The notes under the pieces were generated by a model. The model was not told where the DNA came from. It did no database searches and was given only the letters and a program-made list of their open reading frames with translations. A program made the translations under genes and the position numbers. A stretch of 64,000 bases of DNA from Eubacteriales bacterium. GTDB lineage: Bacteria > Bacillota > Clostridia > Lachnospirales > Lachnospiraceae. The stretch lies in assembly GCA_030536755.1 (NCBI GenBank), contig JAUNPJ010000007.1, positions 2,115-66,114 on the forward strand, given 5' to 3'. Positions 7,650 through 16,389 of the stretch are shown here, piece by piece. How positions within the stretch are numbered: the first letter of the stretch is position 1; every line of letters begins with the position of its first letter.

Positions 7650-8075
7650 TTACCTCCCTATGTTTTTCTTCATAAACACGGTGGTCCCTTCCCCTGGCTT
7701 TGATTCTACCTGAAGTTCATCCATAAATGCCTCCATAAAAGCAAAACCCATACCGGAGCGATCAAGCTCCGGTTTTGTGGTGTACAACGGTTCCATCGCT
7801 TTTTGAATGTTCTCCATTCCTTTTCCCCAGTCCGTCACTTTGATTGAAATACTTCTGTTTTCCACTTTACATTCCAGACGAATCTTATGTACTTCACCCT
7901 CATAGCCATGAATGATTGCGTTGGTAATCGCTTCCGATAAGGCAGTCTTAATGTCTGCCACCTCTTCCAATGTCGGATTCAGCTGTGTGCAAAATGCTGC
8001 CACTGCAACTCTGGCAAAGCCTTCGTTTCCCGGACGGCCGTCAAATTCTATCATCATTTCATTGGTAGCTCCCAT
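7650..8075 (-). CDS. spoIIAB: Anti-sigma F factor (serine kinase SpoIIAB)
   Basis: GHKL kinase motifs (EAITNAIIHGY, DWGKGM, GMGFAFM). AAGGAGA RBS precedes the ATG at 8075. Confidence 0.9.
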   Translation of the reverse strand: MGATNEMMIEFDGRPGNEGFARVAVAAFCTQLNPTLEEVADIKTALSEAITNAIIHGYEGEVHKIRLECKVENRSISIKVTDWGKGMENIQKAMEPLYTTKPELDRSGMGFAFMEAFMDELQVESKPGEGTTVFMKKNIGR

Positions 8076-8092
8076 GCCATTCTCCTTTCCCA

Positions 8093-8407
8093 TTAATAGG
8101 TTTCACTCATTGCAATAATTTTATGCATACCCGACAGACATAAAATTTTTCGAATTCTCTCATTTGCCTTGCAGGCCTCCACACAGTTTTTCCGCATGCC
8201 CAGTGCACGATACCTGCTCATGATCATCCCAATTCCTGAGCTGTCCATAAATACGGTGTCACTAAAATCAAAAACAATCTTTTTCACATGATTCTCGGAC
8301 ATAATTCTGTCCGTCGTCTGTTTGACCTCTTCCCCCATCTCATGATCCAGTTCTGCGGGCATTCTCACATACAGACATGCCCCCTGCAATACATAATTCT
8401 GTTCCAT
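8093..8407 (-). CDS. spoIIAA: Anti-sigma F factor antagonist (STAS domain SpoIIAA)
   Basis: 104-aa STAS domain with DFSDTVFMDSSGIGMI (phospho-serine motif). GGGGGAG RBS. Confidence 0.9.
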   Translation of the reverse strand: MEQNYVLQGACLYVRMPAELDHEMGEEVKQTTDRIMSENHVKKIVFDFSDTVFMDSSGIGMIMSRYRALGMRKNCVEACKANERIRKILCLSGMHKIIAMSETY

Positions 8408-8509
8408 GTCAACTCCCCCTTATCTGCTCTTTGATAAAATAAATAAAAAAAGAAAAGTCTTTAAAATTCTTTTGTTTTAAAAACTTTTCTTATGTATGCT
8501 TTTTCTTTT

Positions 8510-9724
8510 TTAATAATCGTACTCGCCGCTGTCATAACCGCTGTCGTACTCATTTTCCCCACTGTCGATCGGCGCATCTTCCTGCTGCTCCTGCGGTGGA
8601 TTGACGGTATTGTTGACAGTCTGATAAATGGACTTCATCTTCTCTGACAGATCCGCCTCCTGTACATTTTTCAGATACTCTGCGGCGTTTTCCATATCCT
8701 GTGCATCCATTGCCTGGTAAGCCAGCATCAGATTTTCTGCACTGGATGCTTTGGAAGAAGCCTCCGCAAGCTGCGTCTGCAGATCCTGACTCTCATCTGT
8801 CTCCTCCTGATTTGGCTCTTCCTGCACTTCCTGCGTCAGCAATGCGCCGCCGGACGCAAGAACCTCCTGATTCACGGCATCATATGCCTGCTGTGTCTTG
8901 GCTGGAACTACGAGATACCACATGGCAGCCACACCAATGAGCACCCCCACAAGCACATTGAGCACCAATCCCACTGTTGAACTTTCCCGAAAAGGAGGCG
9001 GAATGATCACAAAATCATTTCCGGCTTTCATCATTCTCTTTTTCAGAGGATTTTCCGCCATTTCCGGCGATGCCTTTCGCGTCTTTCCGCTCAGATCGGT
9101 CGCTGTTCCAGTCTGCTCATCCACCTCTCGCAAAAAACGCAGAGAGGTCGTATTTGTTTTATCTATTTTTAATGCTTTTTTCAGTGTTCTTCTGGCTTTT
9201 GTATATTCCCCATCCTTCATCTGCACAAGTGCCAGCAAATGATAGGCCTTAATCAGTTTGGGATTCTGAGAAAGAAGCTTTTTCAGCTGAATGACAGCCA
9301 TGTCCTCATTTCCCTGTCTGCAATAAGACAGCGCCAGATTATATTTGTTGACTGTCCGGTTGATCACCTCCAGCCTGGACGGATTAGCCTGCAGCTTATC
9401 AATATAATAAACAGCCAGATTATCCTTCGGCTGAATATTTTTGCTGATGACCCATTCACAGAGTGCGGCCACCACCTCACCCGTCTCAAAATACACAAGG
9501 CCAAGCAGGTTTCTCGCCTGTATATTCAGTTTGCTGAACTTCAGACTCTGTCTGAGACAGCTGATTGCTCCCGACAAATCCCTGACGCTGGCCTTTTCCA
9601 ACCCCTGGTTATAATACAGCTTGGACAGATAGATTGCTTTTCTCTGTGACAGCACATGAAATCCACATTTCGGACAGTATTCCGTTCCACGGCTGACAGG
9701 TGTCTGGCAATTCAAACAATTCAT
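8510..9724 (-). CDS. Zinc-ribbon / TPR-repeat membrane protein with an acidic low-complexity C-terminus
   Basis: N-terminal CxxC...CxxC (MNCLNCQTPVSRGTEYCPKCG), TPR-like repeats, one TM (VGLVLNVLVGVLIGVAAMWYLVV), and an E/D/Q-rich tail. Confidence 0.6.
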   Translation of the reverse strand: MNCLNCQTPVSRGTEYCPKCGFHVLSQRKAIYLSKLYYNQGLEKASVRDLSGAISCLRQSLKFSKLNIQARNLLGLVYFETGEVVAALCEWVISKNIQPKDNLAVYYIDKLQANPSRLEVINRTVNKYNLALSYCRQGNEDMAVIQLKKLLSQNPKLIKAYHLLALVQMKDGEYTKARRTLKKALKIDKTNTTSLRFLREVDEQTGTATDLSGKTRKASPEMAENPLKKRMMKAGNDFVIIPPPFRESSTVGLVLNVLVGVLIGVAAMWYLVVPAKTQQAYDAVNQEVLASGGALLTQEVQEEPNQEETDESQDLQTQLAEASSKASSAENLMLAYQAMDAQDMENAAEYLKNVQEADLSEKMKSIYQTVNNTVNPPQEQQEDAPIDSGENEYDSGYDSGEYDY

Positions 9725-9899
9725 GTATCTCTCCTACTTTCTTTTGCTGCTGTTGTTTGTATCACGAAGCATCTGTTTCAAAATATCGATCACGTCTGTC
9801 AGCTCTCTGTCATAAATAGCGCCTTCCGCTTCATCCACATCCAGACAGGGTTCAAATTTCTTCAGTTCTTCTTCATAATTAATCATGTACGCTCACCTC

Positions 9900-11204
9900 T
9901 TACTGTTTCTGTGACTGCAAATACGTTTTGATCTCACCCACAAGATACAGCGAACCTGCGCAAAACAGCATTCCATCCTCTCCCTTTTTCGCCACGGCTT
10001 CTTCGTAGGCTTTCGGTATCTGTGAAAAAGCAGAAACGCTCTCACATCCATTCTGACGGAAGATTTCTGCCAGTTCCTCTGCAGGAACTTCCCGATATCC
10101 GCCTACTTCTGTCGTTACCACATGGCGGAATGTGATTGCCTCACACATTTCACGGATCATATCCTGGTAATCCTTGTCGGACACTGCGGAAAACAGCAGC
10201 GTGATTGGATACTGTTTCTGAAAATGAGCCGCTGTCTCCACAAAACGGCGGACACCATCTTCATTGTGCGCCCCGTCCACGATAATTCCCGGTGCGATTG
10301 TCTCCATACGCCCCTGCCATCTGGTATTGGCGATTCCCGCCTTCATCTGCTCCAGAGAAAGCGGCAGCTGCTCTGCCAGAACATTCATACAGGTCAGTGC
10401 CAGTCTTGCATTCATCACCTGATATTTGGCGATAAAAGGAATCTGGAATTTCTGTTTTCCAAAACGTCCGAGTTCCATTTCAAAAGAGATTCCCTGACGG
10501 TCAGCCTCCGATGACGGAGCAGCTTCTGTCAGAGGCCAGGCAGGACTTCCCAGTTCTTTCGCCTTCTTTGCAATCACCTCTGCTGCATCTGAATCATTGG
10601 CATCGTATACCACCGGAATTCCCGGCTGGATAATACCAGCTTTCTCTCCCGCGATCTCGCGCACGGTATTGCCAAGATACTGCATATGATCCAGACTGAT
10701 GGATGTAATGACGCAGGCAAGAGGGTCGTCAATGGAATTCGTCGCATCGAGCCTTCCGCCAAGACCAGTCTCCAGCACGACATAATCCATGCCGGCATCT
10801 GCAAAAATCACCATTCCCATCAAAAACAGCATTTCAAAATAAGTGGGATGATAACTGCCCTCCGCCACCAGATCATCTGCCAGCTTTTTGACCTTCAAAA
10901 AGGCATTGAGAAACGTCTCATCATCCACCATAATCTCATCCATCTGAAATCTCTCATTGATCTTTACCAGATGCGGAGAGGTAAACAGACCACACCGATA
11001 TCCGCCCTCTCTGAGCATGGATGCAAGAAATGCACAGACGCTTCCTTTTCCATTGGTTCCCGCCACATGGATCACACGGAACCGTTCCTGCGGATTGCCC
11101 AGTCTGCGCAGGCACTCCTTTGTGTGGTCAAGAGAATTTTTCGTTGTAAATTTAGGGGTTTCTTCTATATAATCAACTGCTTCTTTGTAATTCAAAACTA
11201 TCAC
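9900..11204 (-). CDS. folC: Bifunctional folylpolyglutamate synthase / dihydrofolate synthase
   Basis: Mur-ligase motifs (HVAGTNGKGS, ETGLGGRLDATN). I chose the GTG at 11204, preceded by AAGGA and 7 nt. The longer ORF to 11333 runs through the leader and MITE and is not protein-like. Confidence 0.8.
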   Translation of the reverse strand: MIVLNYKEAVDYIEETPKFTTKNSLDHTKECLRRLGNPQERFRVIHVAGTNGKGSVCAFLASMLREGGYRCGLFTSPHLVKINERFQMDEIMVDDETFLNAFLKVKKLADDLVAEGSYHPTYFEMLFLMGMVIFADAGMDYVVLETGLGGRLDATNSIDDPLACVITSISLDHMQYLGNTVREIAGEKAGIIQPGIPVVYDANDSDAAEVIAKKAKELGSPAWPLTEAAPSSEADRQGISFEMELGRFGKQKFQIPFIAKYQVMNARLALTCMNVLAEQLPLSLEQMKAGIANTRWQGRMETIAPGIIVDGAHNEDGVRRFVETAAHFQKQYPITLLFSAVSDKDYQDMIREMCEAITFRHVVTTEVGGYREVPAEELAEIFRQNGCESVSAFSQIPKAYEEAVAKKGEDGMLFCAGSLYLVGEIKTYLQSQKQ

Positions 11205-11322
11205 CGCTTTATCCTTTAGTAGTATTTTGAAGATTTCTTCTCGTATCTGTTCAGTACCCTCGCGGGATATTACCTTCCGAACAGTTACTTCTTCTCTACT
11301 ATTGTAATAACAGCGGTGATAG
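11198..11322 (-). promoter_or_regulatory. Long folC leader hairpin that sequesters the SD region and GTG start codon
   Basis: The sense strand pairs CTATCACCGCT (11322-11312) with AGCGGTGATAG (11208-11198), which covers the GTG at 11204-11202. It is extended by TTAT/ATAA next to the AAGGA SD and by TAGTAG/CTACTA (11301-11296 with 11222-11217). The apical part is the inserted mini-MITE. Confidence 0.5.
11243..11288. mobile_element. Mini-MITE copy 2 (46 bp) with an 8-bp TSD
   Basis: Plus strand reads GTATCTGTTCAG...CCGAACAGTTAC, flanked by the perfect direct repeat TTCTTCTC at 11235-11242 and 11289-11296. It is the reverse complement of copy 1 apart from two substitutions and lacks the 33-bp internal segment. 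Confidence 0.75.
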
Positions 11323-11386
11323 TTGTCCAGCACAATCGTAATTTTTTCTCCGACATTTTTTTACAATGTCAAAAAACAAACCATTT

Positions 11387-13384
11387 TTATTCTGTTTTCT
11401 CTTTTACGGCATAATACAGACGTTCATATGTCTTTGTCAATGCCTTTCTGGTGGAACTGTTGCTTCGCTGAACCACACAGATCTTGTCAAATTCTTCAAA
11501 GGTATAGCCACTGATCAGCAGCGTATTCGGATTTACATACGTCGTATCGTACCATTCTCCGTTGATCTGAAGCTGACTGGACGGTGTAAAGTTTGTTCCT
11601 TTGATATAATAACTATCCTCAAGTCCCGGTGCCGCAGTAACCAAATCCAGCGTTGCATCGTAAATTCCCATTCTCATCTTTGTGCGCTTAAAAGGACTCT
11701 CCCCCTGATAAGCGTACTGCTCGCCGTAAAGCAGGTCATACTGAAGCATTTCCAGATCCACCTGATAATTCTTCGTATTCTTTCTTGCCTGATGGTATTT
11801 AAAAACAGTTCCCTCATGAATACCAAGACGATCCATGACCTCTGCGGCAATCTGATAAGAAGACAGATTTTCATCCTTCTTCTTCAGCCCCATATTGTCC
11901 CAAATGACATAGTTTGTCTGGAAAAGATAGCGATTTTTCAAGTCTTCTACCTCAAGTCCCATCGTCGGCAGATGATCTCCATACATCACGAGAACCACAT
12001 CTTCCCCACACTTGCTCAATGCCTCTGTCAGCTCCTGAACAAACTGATCCATCTCATAAATCTGATTGACATAATATTCCCACTTGCAATCCTGTTCTTC
12101 TGTAGGCGAACCGGATACGGTAATCTTCGGATCTTCCAGAATCGGTTCCTCCGGATAATCTCCATGTCCCTGAACAGAAATCGTATAAATATAATCCGGT
12201 TCCTCTGTCGATTCCATCGCCTTGAGAATTTCTTCCGTCAGAACTTCATCCCGCACCCAGCCAAGCGGATTCTGTTCATCCTCTCTTGGCATATACTCTT
12301 CGGATGTAAAACTGTCGAATCCAAGATTCGGGAAAATCGTTCTTCTTCCATAGAAGTTCGCCTCATTGTTATGAATCGCATGTGTGCTGTATCCGAGTTT
12401 TTTCAGTACATAAGGAGCACTCTCACAGGTAGTTTCCCGCAGAATACTTTTGTACGGGTATTCTCCCGGTCCAAAATAATGAAGGCTCATTCCTGTAATG
12501 CTCTCAAACTCGGTATTCGCAGTTCCGGCTCCTACTGACGGAACGCGATAGTAACCGGAAGAATACTCCTTCATCAGTTTCCTGAAATACGGAATCGGAT
12601 CTTCGGAAATGTTCAGATAGTTGACCAGTTCCGGATCAAAAAAGGATTCCAGCTGCAGAAAAATAATATTGGGACGTTTTTCGGTGTCTGTCTCTCCTGC
12701 CTTGTCCTCGTCTTTGAGAATCTGATCAATGCTTGCCTGGGAATAATCCTGTGGACAGCTGATTCCCGTGTTAAAAATCGTCGTTGCAAGACAATAGGGA
12801 TACCCGTAATCCTCATACGCAAACGCAATATTTCCAAAATACTGAGATAACACTCGTTTTTCCAATGCCAGCTTTGTTACGCCTGCAAAGGCAAGAATTC
12901 CTGCCAGAATAAGAGGAACGTTATACTTGTATTTCATAGGCCCCTGGTACTTTGGTGCTTTCAAAAACAATTTGATCAGCCAAAACAACGCCACAACGGC
13001 TGCCGCCACCACCAACACAAATCCCCAGACCGGCAGATAACGATTGGCAATCTTAAAGGCATCTGTGATCAGATGCAGATCCGGTCCCGTAAAAGGCGTG
13101 ACACGCTGCGAGAGCAGCACGCCATTGATGATTCCCAGAACCAGCCAGAATATCGTCAGAAGTACACGCAGAAAAACGCGCCTGCGAAACAGGTATACAA
13201 TGAGCGTTGTCGTAAAGATCAACGCTGCATTGTAGAAAAATACGGCTGGTCTTTCCGTCATATAGAGAAAAGCTTCTCTTGGTGAATGCCTGGATATGGC
13301 TTCAATCACAAAGTAACCGACAATGGAAGCAAGGGCATGAAGAGGCAATGAAAACCGATTCAGCCATTTGATCTTCTTATCCAT
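11387..13384 (-). CDS. LTA synthase family protein (sulfatase-domain phosphoglycerol transferase-like, 5 TM + extracellular domain)
   Basis: N-terminal TM bundle followed by a sulfatase-like domain (NIIFLQLESFFDP, GTANTEFE). AGGAGAA RBS. Confidence 0.75.
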   Translation of the reverse strand: MDKKIKWLNRFSLPLHALASIVGYFVIEAISRHSPREAFLYMTERPAVFFYNAALIFTTTLIVYLFRRRVFLRVLLTIFWLVLGIINGVLLSQRVTPFTGPDLHLITDAFKIANRYLPVWGFVLVVAAAVVALFWLIKLFLKAPKYQGPMKYKYNVPLILAGILAFAGVTKLALEKRVLSQYFGNIAFAYEDYGYPYCLATTIFNTGISCPQDYSQASIDQILKDEDKAGETDTEKRPNIIFLQLESFFDPELVNYLNISEDPIPYFRKLMKEYSSGYYRVPSVGAGTANTEFESITGMSLHYFGPGEYPYKSILRETTCESAPYVLKKLGYSTHAIHNNEANFYGRRTIFPNLGFDSFTSEEYMPREDEQNPLGWVRDEVLTEEILKAMESTEEPDYIYTISVQGHGDYPEEPILEDPKITVSGSPTEEQDCKWEYYVNQIYEMDQFVQELTEALSKCGEDVVLVMYGDHLPTMGLEVEDLKNRYLFQTNYVIWDNMGLKKKDENLSSYQIAAEVMDRLGIHEGTVFKYHQARKNTKNYQVDLEMLQYDLLYGEQYAYQGESPFKRTKMRMGIYDATLDLVTAAPGLEDSYYIKGTNFTPSSQLQINGEWYDTTYVNPNTLLISGYTFEEFDKICVVQRSNSSTRKALTKTYERLYYAVKEKTE

Positions 13385-13398
13385 AATGTTCTCCTGTT

Positions 13399-16050
13399 CT
13401 ATTTCTTCATAGTTTCCAGTTGAACCGTAACCTTTTCCATCATATCTTTATATTTCTGTAATTTTGCTTTTTCTTCCTGAACTTTGCTTGCCGGAGCTTT
13501 GGAAACAAATTTCTCATTGCCAAGCATTCCCTCTGCACGGGCAATTTCCTTTTTCAGTCTTTCCTGCTCTTTGAGAAGACGTTCTTTCTCCTTCTCCATA
13601 TCCACCAGTTCATCCAGCGGCAGATATACAACTGCATTGTGAACAACGATGGATACCGCATCTTCCGGGATTCCCGCCTTGGTAGACTGCACACGTACCT
13701 TTGTCGCATGTACCAGAGAAGCATACGCCTGTTTCTGATACTCATACATTTCGCAGGCTTTCAGATCAGCACCTACGATAAATACTTTTGTCTTCTTATT
13801 CTGAGGAACATTCATTTCCGCACGGGCGTTGCGCACACCTCTTACGACTTCCTTGATTCCTTCCATCATTTCAGCGGCAATCGGGAACTCCCACTCTTTT
13901 TTGTATACCGGCCAGTCTGCGATCATGATGGATTCCTCTTCCGGAAGAAGCGTACAATAAATCTCCTCTGTGATAAACGGCATAAACGGATGCAGAAGTT
14001 TCAAAGCCTCTGTCAGTACGGTACGCAGCGTCCACATTGCATAATCAGCAGAATCCTGATCGTACTCTGCCATACGAATACGAATCTTGGCAATCTCAAT
14101 GTACCAGTCACAGAATTCATCCCAGATGAAATCATAAATTTTCTGTACGGCAATTCCAAGTTCATACTTCTCCATGTTGTCGGTGACATCTTTGATCAGA
14201 GTATTCAGCTTGGACAAGATCCAGCGGTCTGCCGGCTTCAGCTGGAAGCTTTCCGGTGTCTCAAAACTCTTTCCTTCGAGATTCATCATGATAAATCGGG
14301 AAGCGTTCCATACTTTGTTTGCGAAATTACGACTGGACTCCACACGCTCCCAATAGAAACGCATATCGTTTCCAGGTGCATTACCGGTCATCAGAGTCAG
14401 ACGAAGTGCATCTGCGCCGTATTTGTCAATGACCTCCAGCGGATCAATACCATTGCCGAGAGACTTGCTCATCTTGCGTCCCTGGGAATCACGAACAAGA
14501 CCATGAATCAGAACATGCTCAAACGGTGTCTTTCCTGTCTGCTCCAGACCGGAAAATACCATACGGATAACCCAGAAGAAAATAATATCATAACCGGTTA
14601 CCAGAACATTTGTCGGGTAGAAATACTCATACTCCGGTGTTTTTTCCGGCCATCCAAGCGTGGAGAACGGCCACAGTGCAGAAGAGAACCAGGTATCGAG
14701 TGTATCCTCATCCTGTGTCAGATGGGTGCATCCGCACTTCGGACATTTCTCCGGCATTCCTTTCGCTACAACAGTCTCACCGCACTCGTCACAGTAGTAT
14801 GCAGGGATTCTGTGTCCCCACCAGAGCTGACGGGAAATACACCAGTCACGGATATTCTCCAGCCAGTGCAGGTAAGTTTTGTCAAAACGCTCCGGAACAA
14901 ATTTCAGATTGCCATCCTCCAGTGTCTTAATCGCAGCCTTTGCCATCTCATCCATTTTTACAAACCACTGCGGTTTGATCATTGGCTCTACCGTTGTCTT
15001 GCAGCGGTCATGTGTTCCTACGGCATGTGTATGATCGACAACTTTTACCAGCAGTCCCTGTGCATCCAGATCGGCAACCATGGCTTTTCTTGCCTCATAA
15101 CGATCCATACCTGCGTATTTGCCGCCTTTTTCATTGATGGTGGCATCGTCATTCATGATGTTTATTTCTTCCAGATTGTGACGTTTTCCTACCTCAAAGT
15201 CGTTCGGGTCATGTGCCGGTGTGATCTTTACACAGCCGGTTCCGAATTCTTTGTCTACATACGGATCTGCAATCACAGGAATTTCTCTGTCTGTCAGAGG
15301 CAGTTTTAACATTTTTCCAATCAGATGCTGATATCTCTCATCGTCTGGATTTACCGCTACTGCCGTATCTCCAAGCAGAGTCTCCGGACGTGTGGTGGCA
15401 ATCTCTACAAATTCATTTTCACTTCCCACGATCGGATATTTGATGTGCCAGAAATGACCAGCCTGATCCACATGCTCTACCTCGGCATCGGAAATGGAGG
15501 TCTGACATACCGGACACCAGTTGATGATTCTGGATCCTTTGTAAATATAACCTTTTTCGTATAATTTTACAAATACTTCCTCAACAGCCTTGGAGCATCC
15601 CTCGTCCATGGTAAAACGTTCTCTCTCCCAGTCAGCAGAAGAACCGAGTTTTTTCAGCTGATTGATAATACGGCTGCCGTACTCTTCTTTCCATGCCCAT
15701 GCATGTTTTAAGAATTCCTCTCTTCCGATCTCATCCTTGTCAATGCCCTGTTCTTTCAGTTTTTCAATAACCTTTACTTCCGTTGCGATCGCTGCATGGT
15801 CGGTTCCCGGCTGCCACAGTGCCTCATATCCCTGCATTCTCTTAAAACGGATGAGGATATCCTGCATCGTGTTATCAAGTGCATGTCCCATGTGAAGCTG
15901 TCCTGTTACGTTTGGCGGGGGCATAACGATGGTAAATGGTTTCTTGTCCGGATTTACTTTGGCATGGAAATAGCCATTGTCCATCCATTTCTGGTACAAT
16001 CTTTCTTCTATGTCCTTCGGATCATAGGTTTTTGCAAGTTCTTTTGCCAT
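13399..16050 (-). CDS. valS: Valine--tRNA ligase
   Basis: Class I aaRS with the HIGH-type motif PPPNVTGQLHMGHAL, KMSKS, and a C-terminal coiled coil. AAGGAGAA RBS precedes the ATG at 16050. Confidence 0.95.
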   Translation of the reverse strand: MAKELAKTYDPKDIEERLYQKWMDNGYFHAKVNPDKKPFTIVMPPPNVTGQLHMGHALDNTMQDILIRFKRMQGYEALWQPGTDHAAIATEVKVIEKLKEQGIDKDEIGREEFLKHAWAWKEEYGSRIINQLKKLGSSADWERERFTMDEGCSKAVEEVFVKLYEKGYIYKGSRIINWCPVCQTSISDAEVEHVDQAGHFWHIKYPIVGSENEFVEIATTRPETLLGDTAVAVNPDDERYQHLIGKMLKLPLTDREIPVIADPYVDKEFGTGCVKITPAHDPNDFEVGKRHNLEEINIMNDDATINEKGGKYAGMDRYEARKAMVADLDAQGLLVKVVDHTHAVGTHDRCKTTVEPMIKPQWFVKMDEMAKAAIKTLEDGNLKFVPERFDKTYLHWLENIRDWCISRQLWWGHRIPAYYCDECGETVVAKGMPEKCPKCGCTHLTQDEDTLDTWFSSALWPFSTLGWPEKTPEYEYFYPTNVLVTGYDIIFFWVIRMVFSGLEQTGKTPFEHVLIHGLVRDSQGRKMSKSLGNGIDPLEVIDKYGADALRLTLMTGNAPGNDMRFYWERVESSRNFANKVWNASRFIMMNLEGKSFETPESFQLKPADRWILSKLNTLIKDVTDNMEKYELGIAVQKIYDFIWDEFCDWYIEIAKIRIRMAEYDQDSADYAMWTLRTVLTEALKLLHPFMPFITEEIYCTLLPEEESIMIADWPVYKKEWEFPIAAEMMEGIKEVVRGVRNARAEMNVPQNKKTKVFIVGADLKACEMYEYQKQAYASLVHATKVRVQSTKAGIPEDAVSIVVHNAVVYLPLDELVDMEKEKERLLKEQERLKKEIARAEGMLGNEKFVSKAPASKVQEEKAKLQKYKDMMEKVTVQLETMKK

Positions 16051-16083
16051 GATTTTCTCCTTTTCTTCATTAAAATAAAGTGT

Positions 16084-16330
16084 AAAAAACGCCCTCACAG
16101 CCATGCGGCTGCAAAGGGCGTATAATCGCGGTACCACCTTTGTTATGTACAAACTGTACACATCTTTCGCATCCTGTAACGGGGATGATTCGTGAAAGCC
16201 TACTATGCAGTTCAGCCTTCCGGTTCAAAAGCTACCTTCTATTCACACTGCCTGGAATATCTTACAGCCGATGAATATTCCTCTCTGTGAGGGTTATGAA
16301 TATACTCCTCTTTCTCCCAACCTTTTTCTG
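16084..16330 (-). promoter_or_regulatory. T-box leader (tRNA-Val-sensing riboswitch) upstream of valS
   Basis: Sense strand carries an AGAGAG bulge plus a GGCUGUAA distal loop. The T-box core is AAGGUGGUACCGCG. The terminator is CGCCCUUUGCAGCCGCAUGGCUGUGAGGGCG followed by UUUUUU. The UGGU in the T-box bulge predicts discriminator A73, which fits tRNA-Val. The specifier region reads GAAGGUAGC, so GUA is likely. Confidence 0.85.
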
Positions 16331-16337
16331 ATACTTT

Positions 16338-16366
16338 ATCATAGTAGGAATTTCTTCGTTTGTCAA
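16338..16366 (-). promoter_or_regulatory. Sigma-A promoter for the valS T-box leader
   Basis: Sense strand reads TTGACA, 17 nt, TATGAT. Confidence 0.7.
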
Positions 16367-16389
16367 GGTGAAAATTCTGGATTTTCCTT

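Noticed and set aside
8408-8509. Sigma-H promoter and Spo0A boxes upstream of spoIIAA
   Set aside because: A GAATT -10-like element and an AGAAAAG -35-like element are present in very AT-rich DNA. The spacing and register are ambiguous and no TGTCGAA-type 0A box is visible. A long-loop hairpin with a T-run, probably the TPR-gene terminator, also occupies this gap.
3165-11288. The two inverted mini-MITE copies as boundaries of an 8-kb invertible or inverted segment that would explain the split spoVA operon
   Set aside because: Inverting 3244-11242 would not bring spoVAD-AE next to spoVAC. Each copy also has its own intact, different 8-bp duplication. That argues for independent insertions with no subsequent recombination between them.
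11198-11322. THF (folate) or ZTP riboswitch upstream of folC
   Set aside because: I could not find the conserved cores I remember for THF-I or the pfl/ZTP motif (for example CCGCCTGGGC). The structure is a plain extended hairpin, so it is reported only as an uncharacterised leader.
13639-15309. 556-aa plus-strand ORF, together with similar long ORFs at 11366-12538, 24430-25566, 26383-27561, 54920-56020 and 16567-17535
   Set aside because: All lie antisense to well-supported genes (valS, the LTA synthase-like gene, addA, nadE, the ABC permease). They have odd, low-complexity composition rich in Cys/His/Arg/Phe and no RBS. They are shadow ORFs created by the codon bias of the opposite strand.
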